63,364 nt of DNA, filler included, from Reticulomyxa filosa (GCA_000512085.1; 13 parts of 13 records of this genome joined end to end with filler, not necessarily neighbours in it), one strand, 5' to 3'. Positions 25,376 to 38,918 are shown, numbered from the whole stretch's first letter. The notes: generated from the sequence alone by a model not told the origin. Program-made: numbers and translations.

Positions 25376-25858
25376 CTAATTTTGCTTTTTTGCAGAATTA
25401 TGTTCGGTGGGATACATTGATCGATACAAAAGATGACTCAGCGTGGCATTTTAAGATATGTTATTGTGTGTTTTGTAGTCGTTGCTATCGCCACTGCTCT
25501 TTTTGTCACAACAACAAAGTTTTAATTTTCGGTACCAAAAAGAAAATCATAATATCATTACAAAATTTGTCTTAGTGCGAAAGACAAATTCCCTCCGTTA
25601 TAGTTTTTCTGACGCTCTTTATTCATTTATTTGACTCCTATAGAAATTTTCCTGCACGATTATTTGAAACAAATATACAATCGCCTTCTTTTTAAAAATT
25701 TCTTACAAACAATCCTTTTACAACACCAGTGTCTGCAAGTCCACTGGAGATTTAGTCAGAAATTGATCCGTTTGGGATGTAACACTTTTTTTTATACGTA
25801 ATCACTTTAAACTGGAAGGGGGGAAGGAGGAAAAAAACGCTAAAAACTAAAAAAAAAC

Positions 25859-26587
25859 ATGACTCAATATCTTTCTCAAAATAAAGCTTCAGACCTTCAA
25901 ATTCATAGATATGATCCCTTGACAGAAGTAATGCTTACTGTGAAGAATGGGGTACAAGGGACAAGTTGGGAGGAATTTCCCCGAGAGCTGTTGCATTTAT
26001 TAATATCATTCTTAGGTTACGTAGAGAGTAGTTTGGAATATTGGAAAGAGGATAAAATAAATCATAATATGACACTATTCAGTGCCACCGCGGAAGACAA
26101 TGAAAGTGTGTTTATAATAACCCCGCCACAGTACGAAACCTCGGCATTGCACTACGTGCTGTCGTATCTGACGTTTGTGGTTCTATGTACAGGGAAAAAA
26201 ATATGCTTTGATTTTCGCATTCAAAAACTGTCGGACGAAAATTGGGCGCAATGTTCGGACGTGGTCCTCTTTGAAAAAAAAGGAGTCATTTACGAACGAT
26301 CCAATGAACATGCACCCAGCACGTGGCTGTGTACCATTGACAATATCCATTGCAAGTTCAATTCCAATTGCTCATACGTTGCCTATCTCGAAGAGCGTCC
26401 CCAGAACGGACTTTCCAAGCCCATTGAATTCTGCTTTATTCAAAAGCAATATGCCTCACACGTGCGATCGTCGGTCTCCAAATTGGTCGTCTCCGCACAA
26501 ATGCAGAATCAAACCGTTAGTGACAAAAGCAGAGTCGATTTTGTTAAACCCTATGAAGCGTGCTTTTACCCTTCTTTCACCCCTTGA
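25859..26587 (+). CDS. Hypothetical protein with F-box-like N-terminal motif
   Basis: 242-aa ATG-initiated ORF with coding-like composition. EFPRELLHLLISFL resembles an F-box start. Confidence 0.6.
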   Translation: MTQYLSQNKASDLQIHRYDPLTEVMLTVKNGVQGTSWEEFPRELLHLLISFLGYVESSLEYWKEDKINHNMTLFSATAEDNESVFIITPPQYETSALHYVLSYLTFVVLCTGKKICFDFRIQKLSDENWAQCSDVVLFEKKGVIYERSNEHAPSTWLCTIDNIHCKFNSNCSYVAYLEERPQNGLSKPIEFCFIQKQYASHVRSSVSKLVVSAQMQNQTVSDKSRVDFVKPYEACFYPSFTP

Positions 26588-28742
26588 ATCTTGTTTTTTT
26601 TTTTAAAAAAATTAATAATGTACTGAGTACACGGATTACAAGGCTAGTTTTTCGAACGTAATTTGAGTACGCACTTCTTGTGCAGCTTTTTTTTTTTTTA
26701 CACTTCAATTTTCTTTGGTACTTGCTAATGTATGGCATGAAGTCAATGAAAAAGTAAACATGGCCCTGTCAAATCAACGCTTGCGTTCTCTCAAAGGAAT
26801 TATAGCAACTTTTTTTAAAAAAAACTGCCATTGAAAATTTGCTTTTCTTTTTATTACTTTGATAAAATAAAAAATATCCAAGAAGAAGGATGACTATTAA
26901 AAATCTCAGGGGATGTGATGCCATGTATGGGTAAATTTAATCGTCCTTTACTATAAAGAAAAAGTTTTTTGCAATTTGCTGTTTGCAGACAGAATATAAA
27001 ATGGAGTGATATGACTCCATAACGAAATTTTCAGAGTGTACAAAGTTATCACAAAACAATTACTTACTTGCTTTCAATAACCGACAATGGTAATTGAAGT
27101 TGTCATATAAGTGATTGTTATCATTTTGAAAAATCAGTATTGTAAAGGACTCCGAACTGACCAGCAAGCCAATTTTCCACATTTGGTAATATCTTATTCT
27201 GTAGCACATATAATTTTATTGACACGCTTCAATTATTTTACTTGCAGACACATAAAGTATTGAAATGATATTTAAAACTGTTTTAGATCTGAGACTTTTC
27301 GTCAGATAATCTGTTTAGGGAAGCATTCACATATGACAATAGATCTCCTCGGATTGAATGATACAGTCTGACTATGGATATCAATATTGGAAAAGAGATT
27401 AGAAAACACAAATCTTGGATAGCTTGCATAAGATTTTTAAGTGATTATACCACCATTAAGAGATCATAAAACCGGAATATAGAATGTAAACAATAGAAGG
27501 AAGAGTAAGAAATTTATAAGACATCCAAATTTGTACAAAAGCAAAATTTTTAGCATAAAATCATATAATAATATTTTGACAGTACAACATTTGCCAAAAA
27601 ATATTTAATTTTCAATTTTTTTTCTATAGAATGTGATTTAATGTGTTATCTCCATTAGCACACGACTCAAAATAGTAAATGTATTTTTTGGAAGCAAGAA
27701 TTTTATTTTTTTGCAGGGTTAATCTACCAAGCACTTTAACTACTTTTTTTAGTGCCTTTGGGAAGTGCGTTCATGTTTTTCGTTCAAAAAAAAGTTCAAA
27801 GCCATTTAAGATAAGACTTGTTTTTGTATCGATAATATGCAATCATTTCCAACATTTGGACAAAAAAAAAAAGGTAGGGTTAACAATCAACAGAAAAAAA
27901 ACAATAAAATGTTGAAGCTTTTGGTTGTTTCAGGTACATCAAAGCCATTACAAAATAACCCCAAAACCATTTGGTGTTATGCCACAACAACTTAAACAGA
28001 AGACTTGTTTGGAAATTCGTTTTGTGAAGAGAGCCTAAAGCTAAAAAACTCAATGAAATACCGAACTTGTATAGCAAATCATGATATGAAGAATATTAAT
28101 TATTCAAATAGGTACTTTTTTTTTGCAATGTGCAAAATAATAACAAATTATAAAAATTTNNNNNNNNNNNNNNNNNNNNNNNNNNNNNNNNNNNNNNNNN
28201 NNNTTAATTAATTAANNNNNNNNNNNNNNNNNNNNNNNNNNNNNNNNNNNNNNNNNNNNCCTTGCAACAAACGAGTTTGGATGAGTTGTTTGTCTCGTTT
28301 TTTTCGGTTTGTTTTTTGTTTGTTCGTTTGTTTTTCATTTGTGTTGTGTGTCCATGGCCAAATATTTTTTCTTTCAAAAAATTTTTTTTTTTTTGTCCTT
28401 CCTGCAACGTGGTCTTGCACCTTAATTTCCGAACTGTAGATAGTATCTCTGAACGGTATTTGGTCGTTTTATTGGCTTTAATCTGTACGCGTGATAATTT
28501 TTCTAGGGTCATTTTTATTATGAAAAGCTTCTAAAAAAAAAAAAAAAGAAACCAAGGTGAAAAACCGTAAAAGAAGATTTCCACCATTAGTTTGTTTATT
28601 TAACCAACAAGTTTTATACACCCACCAGCACGCGTTGTTGAACCTACTGTTCACCCGTTCAGTACGAGCGTTCGGGGAAAAAAAAAAAAGTTTTAAGAAA
28701 CGGTCACTATTGCAATAATCCGCCTTCCTTCTTGTCCAAGCG

Positions 28743-31377
28743 ATGACACTTACTGTGACACTTCGACTGGGTATATGTTGTGGTTTAGTCTTACTTTTAT
28801 TGAGTAGTACGTTACTCTTGAAAGTGTTACGTTTTGAAGAAAGTGTAGACGTATCAAGTTTAGTAGAACCCATGAAAGACCTGGCGAGAGAAACATTGTC
28901 AGAGACAAAATATGAAGAGGAGGAAAAGTTTTTAAAGACAAAAGATGAAATGTACATAAATAAAACAAGTGCAATACTCATACAAGATAAGAATAAGAAT
29001 TTGAAGGATGTGTCAATAATCGAGTATTATAGACAAAAGAGCAAAGACACGAATTCGCAAACATTTATGAAAATTCGATATAAAATGAATGAGTTGATGA
29101 AAAGCTTGGAAGAGCATACAAGACTTCCAAACAGAATAACAATGAAAGAGCTAAAAGCGATATGGAACAAATGGGAAGACTATTGGCACAACAAAGTGAT
29201 TGACCACGTATTGTTGGAAGACATTCTGAGAAAGGAAATTCGAAATGTGTTGAAATCGATCAAAGTACAAGACAATGAAACAAGCAAGTCCACTGAGAAC
29301 AAATTGTATAGTCAATACTTTGGAGATTGGATATCGCGACGCAGCGTCTATAAAAATATAAGACAAGTGTGGAAGGAATGGAATCACAGTTTAAAAAGAA
29401 CCACAACTGAATTGTACGAATCTTCTCTTTTTTTTCTCCTGAAAAGAATCAAAGTCTACCTGACCCTTTATTTTCCAATCAATGGCGCAGTATACGTAGA
29501 AACGTTCAATTGGCATTACATTATGTTTTGGATAAGGTCATTGTTACCAGTAATAAAAATAATGATAGTGTGTCACAATTGAAACAGGAAATGAAAAGTA
29601 TGCAAGAGACTTGGCATTGGCTTAGTCATTACATGGAATACTTGGTGATGGATTACGAATCACAAATGCTACAAATATGGGATATGAAGAACAGTACAGA
29701 GATTGGTGGCTCGGGATACTTTTTAATCCATGTGAGCAAGACGGCAGGAACCAGCATTTGCACGACAATGCAAGCATTGGGATTGCGTGTGCCTGACTCG
29801 AATTGTAACATTAATGTAACCAAGTCTCCAGTGTGGAACACAGATCCAGGACCATGGTCATGTCAGTATTACTGGAATGAGATGCGTCAACAAGACTATG
29901 CGATGATTGCGAAAGAGAGCCCTTTGGATAGTCATGGTGTTATGAATGTGTCTCCACAATTGTGTCCTCATCTACATTATTTGTTCCCTCTTCGCAATCC
30001 GTATGAAAGGGTCGTGTCGTGGTTGTTAGAACTGAATCTACCATGGTACTATCCTCTTCAAATACTCATCCGTCGCGATACCATGAATCAGGCCAGAGAT
30101 TACACACCACTCTCGTGTCTCAGCCAAAGTTTGCTCTTCCATCCCAGGGACACACATACTAACGTCATTTTCCAAGATCATGAACCCATCGTCAACAATA
30201 GAGCAATTCAGTTCATATACAAAATACAAGCCAGACAAGCTATCACTGCATGGGAAAATCCAATCAAATATGCAAATACAACACATTTTTATACACCTCT
30301 CAAGACAACCGCTGATTTCCGGGGCTTGCTAACATCCATTTTAAATCATCTTCCAAACAGTTTATTTTTATTTATTTAATTTGTTGATTAATACATTGTA
30401 AATATAATAAAAAAAAAAAAAAACATAGAAATAAAAATACAAATACAAATAATTATATTTATTAAAGAAATACAGCAAAAACCATTTGTGATACCACGGA
30501 AAAATAATCATTGCTTACTGCCACATAAAGTAAAGACATATGATTTTAATGATGCACTGCTATATTATTTGGACCCGTCTGATCCCAATCAAAGATTTGT
30601 GTTCAAAATGGCAGCAGAAGATCATCGTGGCAGATATTTAACTCCAAAGTTCATTGAAGGACATGTTAGCAATTTATACACAAGATGGTTGGGCTATGTT
30701 CACGTACATCATAATCAAACATATGGCTCGCTCTATATGGATACCGATAAGATTGACAATGCCATGTTTGCTCGTGCTGTGCGTTTGCTTTTACAGATCG
30801 ATCATGTCTTGCCCTTGGGTAAAGATACTGTTGCTATTGAAGACTCACCAGCATGGAAACATGTATTCAAAACACTCAAAAATATTGCATCTTTGAAAAA
30901 ACAATCGGAAAAGAAAAACCCAAAAAAACCAACAAAAAACGCCCACGTCCAAAAAAGAGTGAATTTGTACGTAAAAAAGTATCAACCAATAATCGTAATA
31001 ATATCTTGTCTGGTCATCAAAGAACATTATTAGCAATAAAACAACCCAATATTATTAAAAAAGACATCTTTTCCACTTTAAAAAAAAAGCGTCGATCGTA
31101 TAATCGTACTACCGTATTGTCAAATATTGGAAAACATGTATTCAGTTTTACAAAACGACGAAAGAAAACACCATTACCCACTGATATCGAAAATTGGCTT
31201 CATGTACGAGACAGTGAAGGCGAGGCCAATAAATTGAGTACATCCCAATGCATGGATCAAATGTCGGATCAGGATTGGTATTACTTGAAATTATGGAATA
31301 TTTATGATATTGCTTTGTATGAACTGGGTAAAAAAATTGCACTTTGTGATCAACAATTTTTTCAGTTTTTATCATAA
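28743..31377 (+). CDS. Type II membrane sulfotransferase-family protein with long stem; multi-exon with apparent frameshift
   Basis: N-terminal anchor, 5'-PSB motif FLIHVSKTAGTS, 3'-PB motif LRNPYERVVSW, C-terminal KLWNIYDIALYELGK. Confidence 0.78.
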
Positions 31378-31572
31378 AACTATCATGTGGAAAAATGTGT
31401 CATTCAATTGATTTGAAGGAAAGCCGACATTAGATTTATTTGGGATCATATAAAATCTTATTTCAATCCTCCTTGTAATGTCGTAAGGCCCATCATATCA
31501 ATCAATTATTGTATCATTATAATGCCATTTGTTATCAATTTTAATTTAGTTATAACAAAAAATTAAAAGAAG

Positions 31573-31693
31573 TGTAATGCATGAAATTTTAATTAGCCTA
31601 TACAGGCCAAGATTGTAACCCCCTTAGCGCTACCTCAAACGCTAAATGTCAATGAGGATGCGAATTAGGCTCACATTGTGAATAGGCATTACA
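31573..31693. mobile_element. Short TG...CA element candidate (121 bp)
   Basis: 8-bp terminal inverted repeat TGTAATGC...GCATTACA, flanks GAAG/GAAC. Single copy here. Confidence 0.35.
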
Positions 31694-32230
31694 GAACTCA
31701 TCAACACTTGGGAATTTCTAGTACCGGTGGTGCTCAGTACTGAATGCTGATATTTACGAAGGTGGCCTGGAAGACAATGTTTCCTTAAAATTTTTTTTCT
31801 TTTGCCATTTGTTGTTATTTTCCTTCTCTTTTTGAGACAATCATTTGTTGTAATTTTGCTTTGTTACTTTGGTTTCTTTTTGTCGAATAAAGTTTTTTTT
31901 GCCTTCATTTTGTGATTTTGTTTTTTTGAATATTTTTGCTTGAAAAGAAAATTTGTCATGATAAGTGATTGAGTTTTTCAATTTTAAAAACTGATGGAAC
32001 AAAAGAAACCCAAGAACTATACATAAGACAAAAAAAAGAAAAAAAGCACATCTTGCACGGTGTGAGAAATGTTTATTAAACAATAATTATTTTGGTGCCA
32101 CTCAAGAGTCGAAAAAAAGGGCTAAGCACAAATGTTGCATGATCGATAGATAGGGATGAAAATGCGGAGGGAGTTGAAGAAGGAGGAAAAAAACATCTGA
32201 TAATCTTCGTAGCAATGACTGCGGGCAATT

Positions 32231-33550
32231 TCACAAAACAGTGCAGCAACGACGCACTTCATGAGTCTCTTGAGGTTTGTTATCCTCGTCGACACGAAGT
32301 GATTCCGTTTTCAACGAAGATTGTGATTCTACTCGTTCTGTACTCGCCGGCAATTTTACGTCTTGTAGTGTTTCTGACGCTTTTGTGTGCAATATAAGAA
32401 CATGCAAAACCATAAATAAATAGATATATGCATATATTGTAACAATGTTAATTTATATGTATACAAAAAAAAAAAAAAACACACAAACACAAATAAAACT
32501 TGATTATTAGTTTGTTGTTATTTAACGTGGTTTTGGTCTGAGACTGTCCTGTTTCGTGTGGAGTCTTATTCCCGAATCTACGGCCAAGGGTGTACGCAAG
32601 CTTGGTGTGATAGTGACATCAGTATGCTGAGGCGGATGGGACGAATTGGCGCTGCTGGCGTTTTGATCGGAAGGGATGGATTGTTCCTTGTAAAGATCGA
32701 GTGAAAACAGACTGATGTTTGTGATCAGTGGGGTAGGTGTTGCTGAAGAGCGACTGTGGAAACGAAACACCCTCGGTCTTTCGTCCAACCCGAGTGTTTC
32801 TTTCAAATGCCCCGACAATATTCGGTCTGACACCAGTCGACTAAATTTGTCTGCCACTTCGGCAAATTGCCCTTCTTTCGGAATTGCCATCCCTTTTTTT
32901 TTTTAAAAAAAAAAAAAAGAAAAAATTTATTAAAATTTTTTAAAGAATTAAAAAAATTTTCTTCTTTTTTTTTTTAAAAAAAGTTCAATTGTTTCGTAAC
33001 AGCGCTCAAACCTGTGACTCGAACCAGTTCTTTGTGTGCACTTCCTGCATTGCTAACCTTAAAGTCTTTGATCCCTTGCTCATCCATGTCAACAGATTTG
33101 CAAACGGCCAATTTGATCTTGTCTGAGTTTACCACTGACGGCTCGAGTTTCAGAATAAAGTCAAAATAAATGCTGTCGTTTCGCTCTGTCTTTGTGTTGC
33201 TCGTGTTCGTTCCATTTTCGTTCTTGTTCGCTCCGTCCACTGACGGGCCATCCGACGTTGCCGTTGCTTTCTCACTGTGTGCCCACAACATTCCAAAGAA
33301 GCCGTTTCTGTTTGCATCGTCTTTGGTTGTTGTTTTGTTGTTTTTTCCCAGCTTTTTGTTTACACGTTCCAATTAAACGTAAAACACTTGTTTTTTCATT
33401 TTTTTTTCTCAGAGACCTGTCACTCATATTATGCAATGTTTTTCAATTTTTACTTGGAGTAGTCCCCTTTCTCCTCTTTTCTTATATCAGCGTCGTTTGG
33501 AAATTGAAAACAAAAGTATGGATGTGTAGGAAGACGTTTATTTGTTGTTG
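32231..33550 (-). CDS. Hypothetical multi-exon protein ending in a CaaX motif (RRCCTVL*)
   Basis: Collinear minus ORFs 32974..33372, 32522..32890 and 32231..32413 separated by A/T-tract introns. 5' end uncertain. Confidence 0.55.
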
Positions 33551-33705
33551 TCGGTGAGTTATTTGTAAGTGTAGAAAAGTTGTGTATATTTACAACTGAA
33601 TTTTTTGTTTTCTGGGGGAAGAGGCCATTTTTGAAGAAAAGTCCATACCCGGTTTAGGTGGTCGTCCGTTGATTCTATCTAATTTCATTTTGAGGGAGAA
33701 ACATT

Positions 33706-34733
33706 ATGCAGCCAAATTTCGAACGTGTGAATACAGCATCTTGCGTATTGGATGATGGAAACTCAACGACAAGCGCACACACATCGTCAGGGCTCTCGCA
33801 AGCCGGCTCCATGGAGAGTTCCACCGTCAGCGCAAATAAAAGTTGACAGAAGAAAAAGGAAAAAAGAAGGTCGCTAGAGACGGAAGGGTGAGGGAGCGAA
33901 ATAGTGCAAATGGTCAATGTTTTCAGAAAGTAAGAGCGGAAGGAGGATAGGAAAGGGTCGTTTGAGGGGGGGGGGGAAAAAAAAAAAAACGAGTATTCAA
34001 AAATGTGCACATGCACAACAATCTTTAAAAAAAAAAAAAAAGCAAGCACAGTGATAAAATCATCGTCGACACCAGCCGGTGGCCTATGCAAAAGAATGAG
34101 CGGTATAATTTGCTTATCGATCGTGATCGCGGATTGGATACTAATGAGCGTAATCGCAGGAAATTTCAGTCATCCGCTATTCACAAGGTATATCGTGCAA
34201 TCTTCGTACGTCGTGGCATTAATCCCCTACTTCATTTACCGCTACGTCTATGCGTCAATCCCGACTTCGAAACAAGACCAATCAGACGCCTCGGAACAAG
34301 TAGCACTGGCAACAAACAGTCAATCGGAACATTGCAAAGTCAAAATTGCAAGCGATTCCAATTCCAACGTAACAGAAAAAGAAAAAGACAAAGACAAAGA
34401 AAATGAAAGAGAGACCGATTGTTGAGCGACTGAGATAAAACCCCCTTTTTTTTTTTTAAATCTCCAATACATATGTACCGAAATAGTGACAATAATAACA
34501 ACAACAAAAATAAAAAATAAAAATAATATCCCCAAAAGTAATTGGTATTTTCAAGTGGTCGTTCATCTTTGTTCTGTTGAGCCTATTTAGCGGGTATGCG
34601 TGGTATTTATCCTTGGCCAAAACCAATTTCGCTGTAAATAATACCATTTATCAAAGCCAATGTGTCGTTGTTTATATTTTGTCGGCCATTTTTTTGGCCA
34701 CACCAGTTCCGCTTTTTTTTTTTTTTTTTTTTT
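33706..34733 (+). CDS. EamA/DMT (SLC35F-like) transporter, 3'-partial
   Basis: GIICLSIVIADWILMS..FSHPLFTRYIVQSSY and SGYAWYLSLAKTNFAVNNTIYQSQCVVVYILSAIFL. Confidence 0.75.
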
Positions 34734-34884
34734 NNNNNNNNNNNNNNNNNNNNNNNNNNNNNNNNNNNNNNNNNNNNTTAATTAATTAANNNNNNNNNNN
34801 NNNNNNNNNNNNNNNNNNNNNNNNNNNNNNNNNGAGTGAGTTGGAAAAAAAAAAAAAAGATAAAAAGGGACACAAAGTTGAAAA

Positions 34885-35135
34885 TTGAACTTTTCCCATT
34901 TGAACAGCTGTGTTGACTCTGGCCGCAACAGCGTCAATGCGAGATGATAGCTTCAAATAATTGAGTGATTGATTATGCGAACGTATCGCGTTTTCTGCAT
35001 AGATACGTGCCCCATCTATATTGCCTTTTTCCATTGCTAGTTTGCATTTTTTTTTGCTAGCCTTCACCTCTTTTTCACTTTTTTTGGACTCACGCACCAG
35101 CGACTTCGCCGTGAAACGTAAGTCAAATAATTGTC
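34885..35135 (-). CDS. CHMP1: ESCRT-III subunit CHMP1/Did2/Vps46, single exon of a partial gene
   Basis: LFDLRFTAKSLVRESKK..KKKCKLAMEKGNIDGARIYAENAIR..LNYLKLSSRIDAVAARVNTAVQM. Confidence 0.92.
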
Positions 35136-35740
35136 CTATTCAATTTTTTGTTGTTGTTGATTTTGTTTATTCTATTTGTTTTGTTAGTTTTAAACAAGTT
35201 TTTCAAGACGACTACGAGAACGACAGTAACGTGAAGCCTTTCATTACATTGAAATACAAACTCTCCCAACTTTGCATTCTTTCTGTTGAATCACCACCAA
35301 AAAAAGACATTTTTGACTGAAATTACAAATATTATTATATATGGGCAAATTTAAAAAAAGGGGTTTGACCGTGAACAAAAAACAAAAACTCCAGGCACGA
35401 ATTTGTACATTTATAGTGTTCCTCAATGACTGCATCTTTTGATCAAACTTTTATCAATATCAAAGCAACAAAAAATGTTTGCGTGGTTTTTATACTTTGA
35501 AATTGAATTGATTCAATCAAAGATTCGATTTGCGGCGTTTTTATCATTTAGTCTGCATTGAGAAGAAAAAGTAACCGTTGCAACTAAATAAAAAAAGGGT
35601 TTCACATCAAACAAATAAAAAGAAAATCTGTGAGCATTGATCTCTTTTGTTTTTTTTATTTGTGTTTTAATTTGTATTCAATCGGTCGTGCCCTCTTCCC
35701 AACGTATGAAAGTGCCCTTCTTCCCTCTCACACACACAAT

Positions 35741-36790
35741 CTATGGTCCCAAGTATTTGAACGGTTTTGGTGGGGTAGGTTCATTTCCATGGACTCCTCT
35801 GTCATCCAATCGTTTGGTCTCTACAAGTTCTTGTGGTTGATCTGGAGAAGAGTCCTGAATAACGATGATCCCATATAATTTGCCATCATTGTTATTTTTA
35901 CGCACAGGCTGATATCGTGTGTCATCCCATCGCATCGATTTGCGTTGATTCAAAGTGACACGAGAGGGGTTTTGCAATATTTCAAACGTCTTTTCTTTTT
36001 CAGGCTCTTTCGTTTCAGCTCCAGTTATGGTTTCTTCTGCACCTTCTTTGTCTTTTGTCTTATCACTTTGTGTCGCTTCCGTGGTGCTTGCTTGAGAAGT
36101 AGATCTTTCCAACATTTCAACATCTGGTCCATTGTCCCCACTTCCTCCTTCTTCACTTTGTTTTTTCTTTTCTTTTTTCAAATCTCTGGCCTTTTGTTTG
36201 GCGGTAATGGAAAGGACAGCTTTTTCCAATGTCTTTTTCTCTTGTGCTTCTTCCTCTTTCAAAGGTTCCGGATATGCATACAGCGATGAAGGGGCATTGC
36301 TTCGGAACGTCATTTTCGGCATTGCCAAGTCGCTATTCAATGCCATTACCATTGTCGGCTCAAAACTTAAGCTGAGGAATGGTACCAATGGATACCAATA
36401 CCAATATTGCCAAAACACTGCCATGCCTGCAAAACAAACAAACAAGTCAAATTATTATTTCGACCAATGAATGTGTATATAAAGATCGAACCTAAAATAG
36501 CAGTCATTTTTTTCTGAGTTCCTTTTGCGCACAAGGAAATGATGGCATTTCGACCACAGGCGTCCATAATGCCCAGACTGTAAATGGCTCCGGTCTGGGT
36601 CATGATAGACTCGCGCTTGTTTTTGATTGCCTTCATCAGCACCTCGTTGCGAATGGCTTTAATTTGGGGGGTTTCCTTTTCGTTTTGTTGTTGCAACAGC
36701 ATTCCCAAGCTGATCATTGCCGCTTGCTTCACATAGTCTACGGGGTCTTCCTCTGCCATCTTACGAGTTATCGCTATGCCCTGAGGATTG
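35741..36790 (-). CDS. RPN2: 26S proteasome regulatory subunit RPN2/PSMD1, C-terminal exons, 5'-partial
   Basis: DPVDYVKQAAMISLGM, GIMDACGRNAIISL, FWQYWYWYPLVPFLSLSFEPT, FEILQNPSRV, EPTPPKPFKY. Confidence 0.93.
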
Positions 36791-36989
36791 CCAGTTCCTT
36801 TTTTTTTNNNNNNNNNNNNNNNNNNNNNNNNNNNNNNNNNNNNNNNNNNNNTTAATTAATTAANNNNNNNNNNNNNNNNNNNNNNNNNNNNNNNNNNNNN
36901 NNNNNNNAACTCTGTGACAAGCATCAGAGACAACGAAAGTAAACATAGCAAACCCATCTCATAACAAATATAAAATAGCAAAAGAACAA

Positions 36990-37500
36990 AATTACAACAC
37001 CATAGTAATTCCAGTTCCCAATTAGCTTCGGTTAGTCCTACAGCTAATCGATATCCAACATTTTTCGTTAAGTTATCATAGGCAACTCCATATTTTTTGC
37101 CGTTGATAGTATATGATAATTGATAATTAATCAAATCCAAGTGCACGACAATGATGTTTCCATCTTTGTCAAATTTTTCGCCGTAGGATGAGTCTTTGTT
37201 ACAGTCATAAAGCCTAGTGGCAAAGCTAACAAATGAGTTCCTTCCATGTCCACAAAAGTACGAATCCAATGCGACTGCTTTGCTGTCATGATGACTTGGA
37301 AACACACAGACAATAACCTTCCAAGCATTTGCAGATAGTTGGTTGCAATGCGTGTTGAGTCTCAATGTACAGTTGCACTTGGACATATCTTTGATCACAC
37401 TTCCCGAAACAACTACTCCATTTGCCACCCTCTGTCGGGTTATGTTGAACATTGTGTTTATCACATTCACCCTACTAATCTGTGAGTGGAACTGTCCGTT
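36990..37500 (-). CDS. SPRY/B30.2-like domain fragment, possibly pseudogene
   Basis: YGEKFDKDGNIIVVHLDLINYQLSYTINGKKYGVAYDNL..YRLAVGL is a SPRY-type beta-sandwich C-terminus. Upstream frame is broken. Confidence 0.6.
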
Positions 37501-38664
37501 TGGGGGTCACGGTCAAACACACTTAGATAACAGAAGGACAGCGTCCTATCCGTTCAAAGAGATCAATCGCAGGCGTATCTTGTATTTCTATGTATTCAAG
37601 GGCTTCAATGAAAGGACAAGCTTGACTGTTTCGAGATTGTTGCAATTGATAGTCTTGAACAACGATATATCTCGAAAGATAGCACTAACATCAATACTGT
37701 CTGATTCTTGACTGTACTGCAAAATATGGGAAAATAATTAAAAATAATGTATTTTATAGTGTAAAATTACAACTTCTAAATTTTCGTACCGTCAAAAAAT
37801 TGAACAACACCGAAAAATCAGTTTATTTAAAAAGTTATTATTTTTCTCTGAATCTGCTTAAGTTACAAATCTGTAATTTTACATACATATTGAACTTATA
37901 CTGTTGTTCAATTATATATCTATATTTTTTTTTCACTTGCGCAGAGTGATTGTGATTGATGCTATTCAGAAAAATGACGCACCTAACCACAAAACTATTG
38001 TAGTGAGACTACTTACGTCACAATGGAGTCAGTATGACTCCAAATATACAAAGTTGTTTTCGTTTTAATTTAATTTCCAAAAACGCCTTCTTACTTTCTT
38101 AAAACGTGTTTTTCCCGCTCCAGGTTCTCTACACTATCCTCTCTGCAGCCAGAGCAAGTTTATCGTACCTGGTCCAAAAGGACATGGCACTAAGACAAGA
38201 AACGAAAGAAAAAACGTACAAATTGTCACGACTACAACTTTTGACAAATTTCTAAAAAAGAAAATAAATTTTCCTTATAGTCGCTGGTGATTGCTGTCAC
38301 TTATTTGAACTTTGTATGTGCTCTGGTTTTATTTAGTTGTCGATTCTAGTTTTGCCTGCTTTCACTGTTTTGTTTGAGATTGGTGCAAATGTTGGCTCAC
38401 TAACTGATTATCATTGTCCAATACAAGTTTTATGTATTTTGCACGTCTTATTGTTTGCTTGTCTGGAAATTTTCTTTGCTTTTACAAACAAAAATCAAAC
38501 TTTACTGCACAGACATATATCGATAGAACCCAGTCTCTCTCAGTTTTTTCAAAGAATAGCACAATGATTAAGTTGAAATTTATTTTTATTTTTATTTTTA
38601 TTTTTATTTTTTTTTTTGTTCAATTATATAAAATTTGATAGTTATATCTTTGCCGGTTTAGAAG

Positions 38665-38804
38665 ATATGCAGTAGAATTCAAAGTAAAGTTGACATCTAA
38701 AACGGAACATTATATAGATAATTGATTTTCTTAATGAAAAAACAACATTCAGACGTAATTTTTTAAAAAATATCTATACATAGTGTAGTTTTTAGATATC
38801 GTTT
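38665..38804 (-). repeat. Dispersed ~140-bp repeat, copy A
   Basis: Reverse complement reads AAAAACTACA..TAGATATTTTTT..AATGTTGTTTTTTCAT..AGAAAATCAATTA..GTTTTAGATGTCAACTTT..TTCTACTG. Confidence 0.75.
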
Positions 38805-38918
38805 NNNNNNNNNNNNNNNNNNNNNNNNNNNNNNNNNNNNNNNNNNNNTTAATTAATTAANNNNNNNNNNNNNNNNNNNNNNNNNNNNNNNNNNNNNNNN
38901 NNNNGTAATTATGCGAAC

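Noticed and set aside
29510-29582. Programmed frameshift in the sulfotransferase gene
   Set aside because: No clear slippery site; an indel or sequencing error, or a small unrecognised intron, is more likely.
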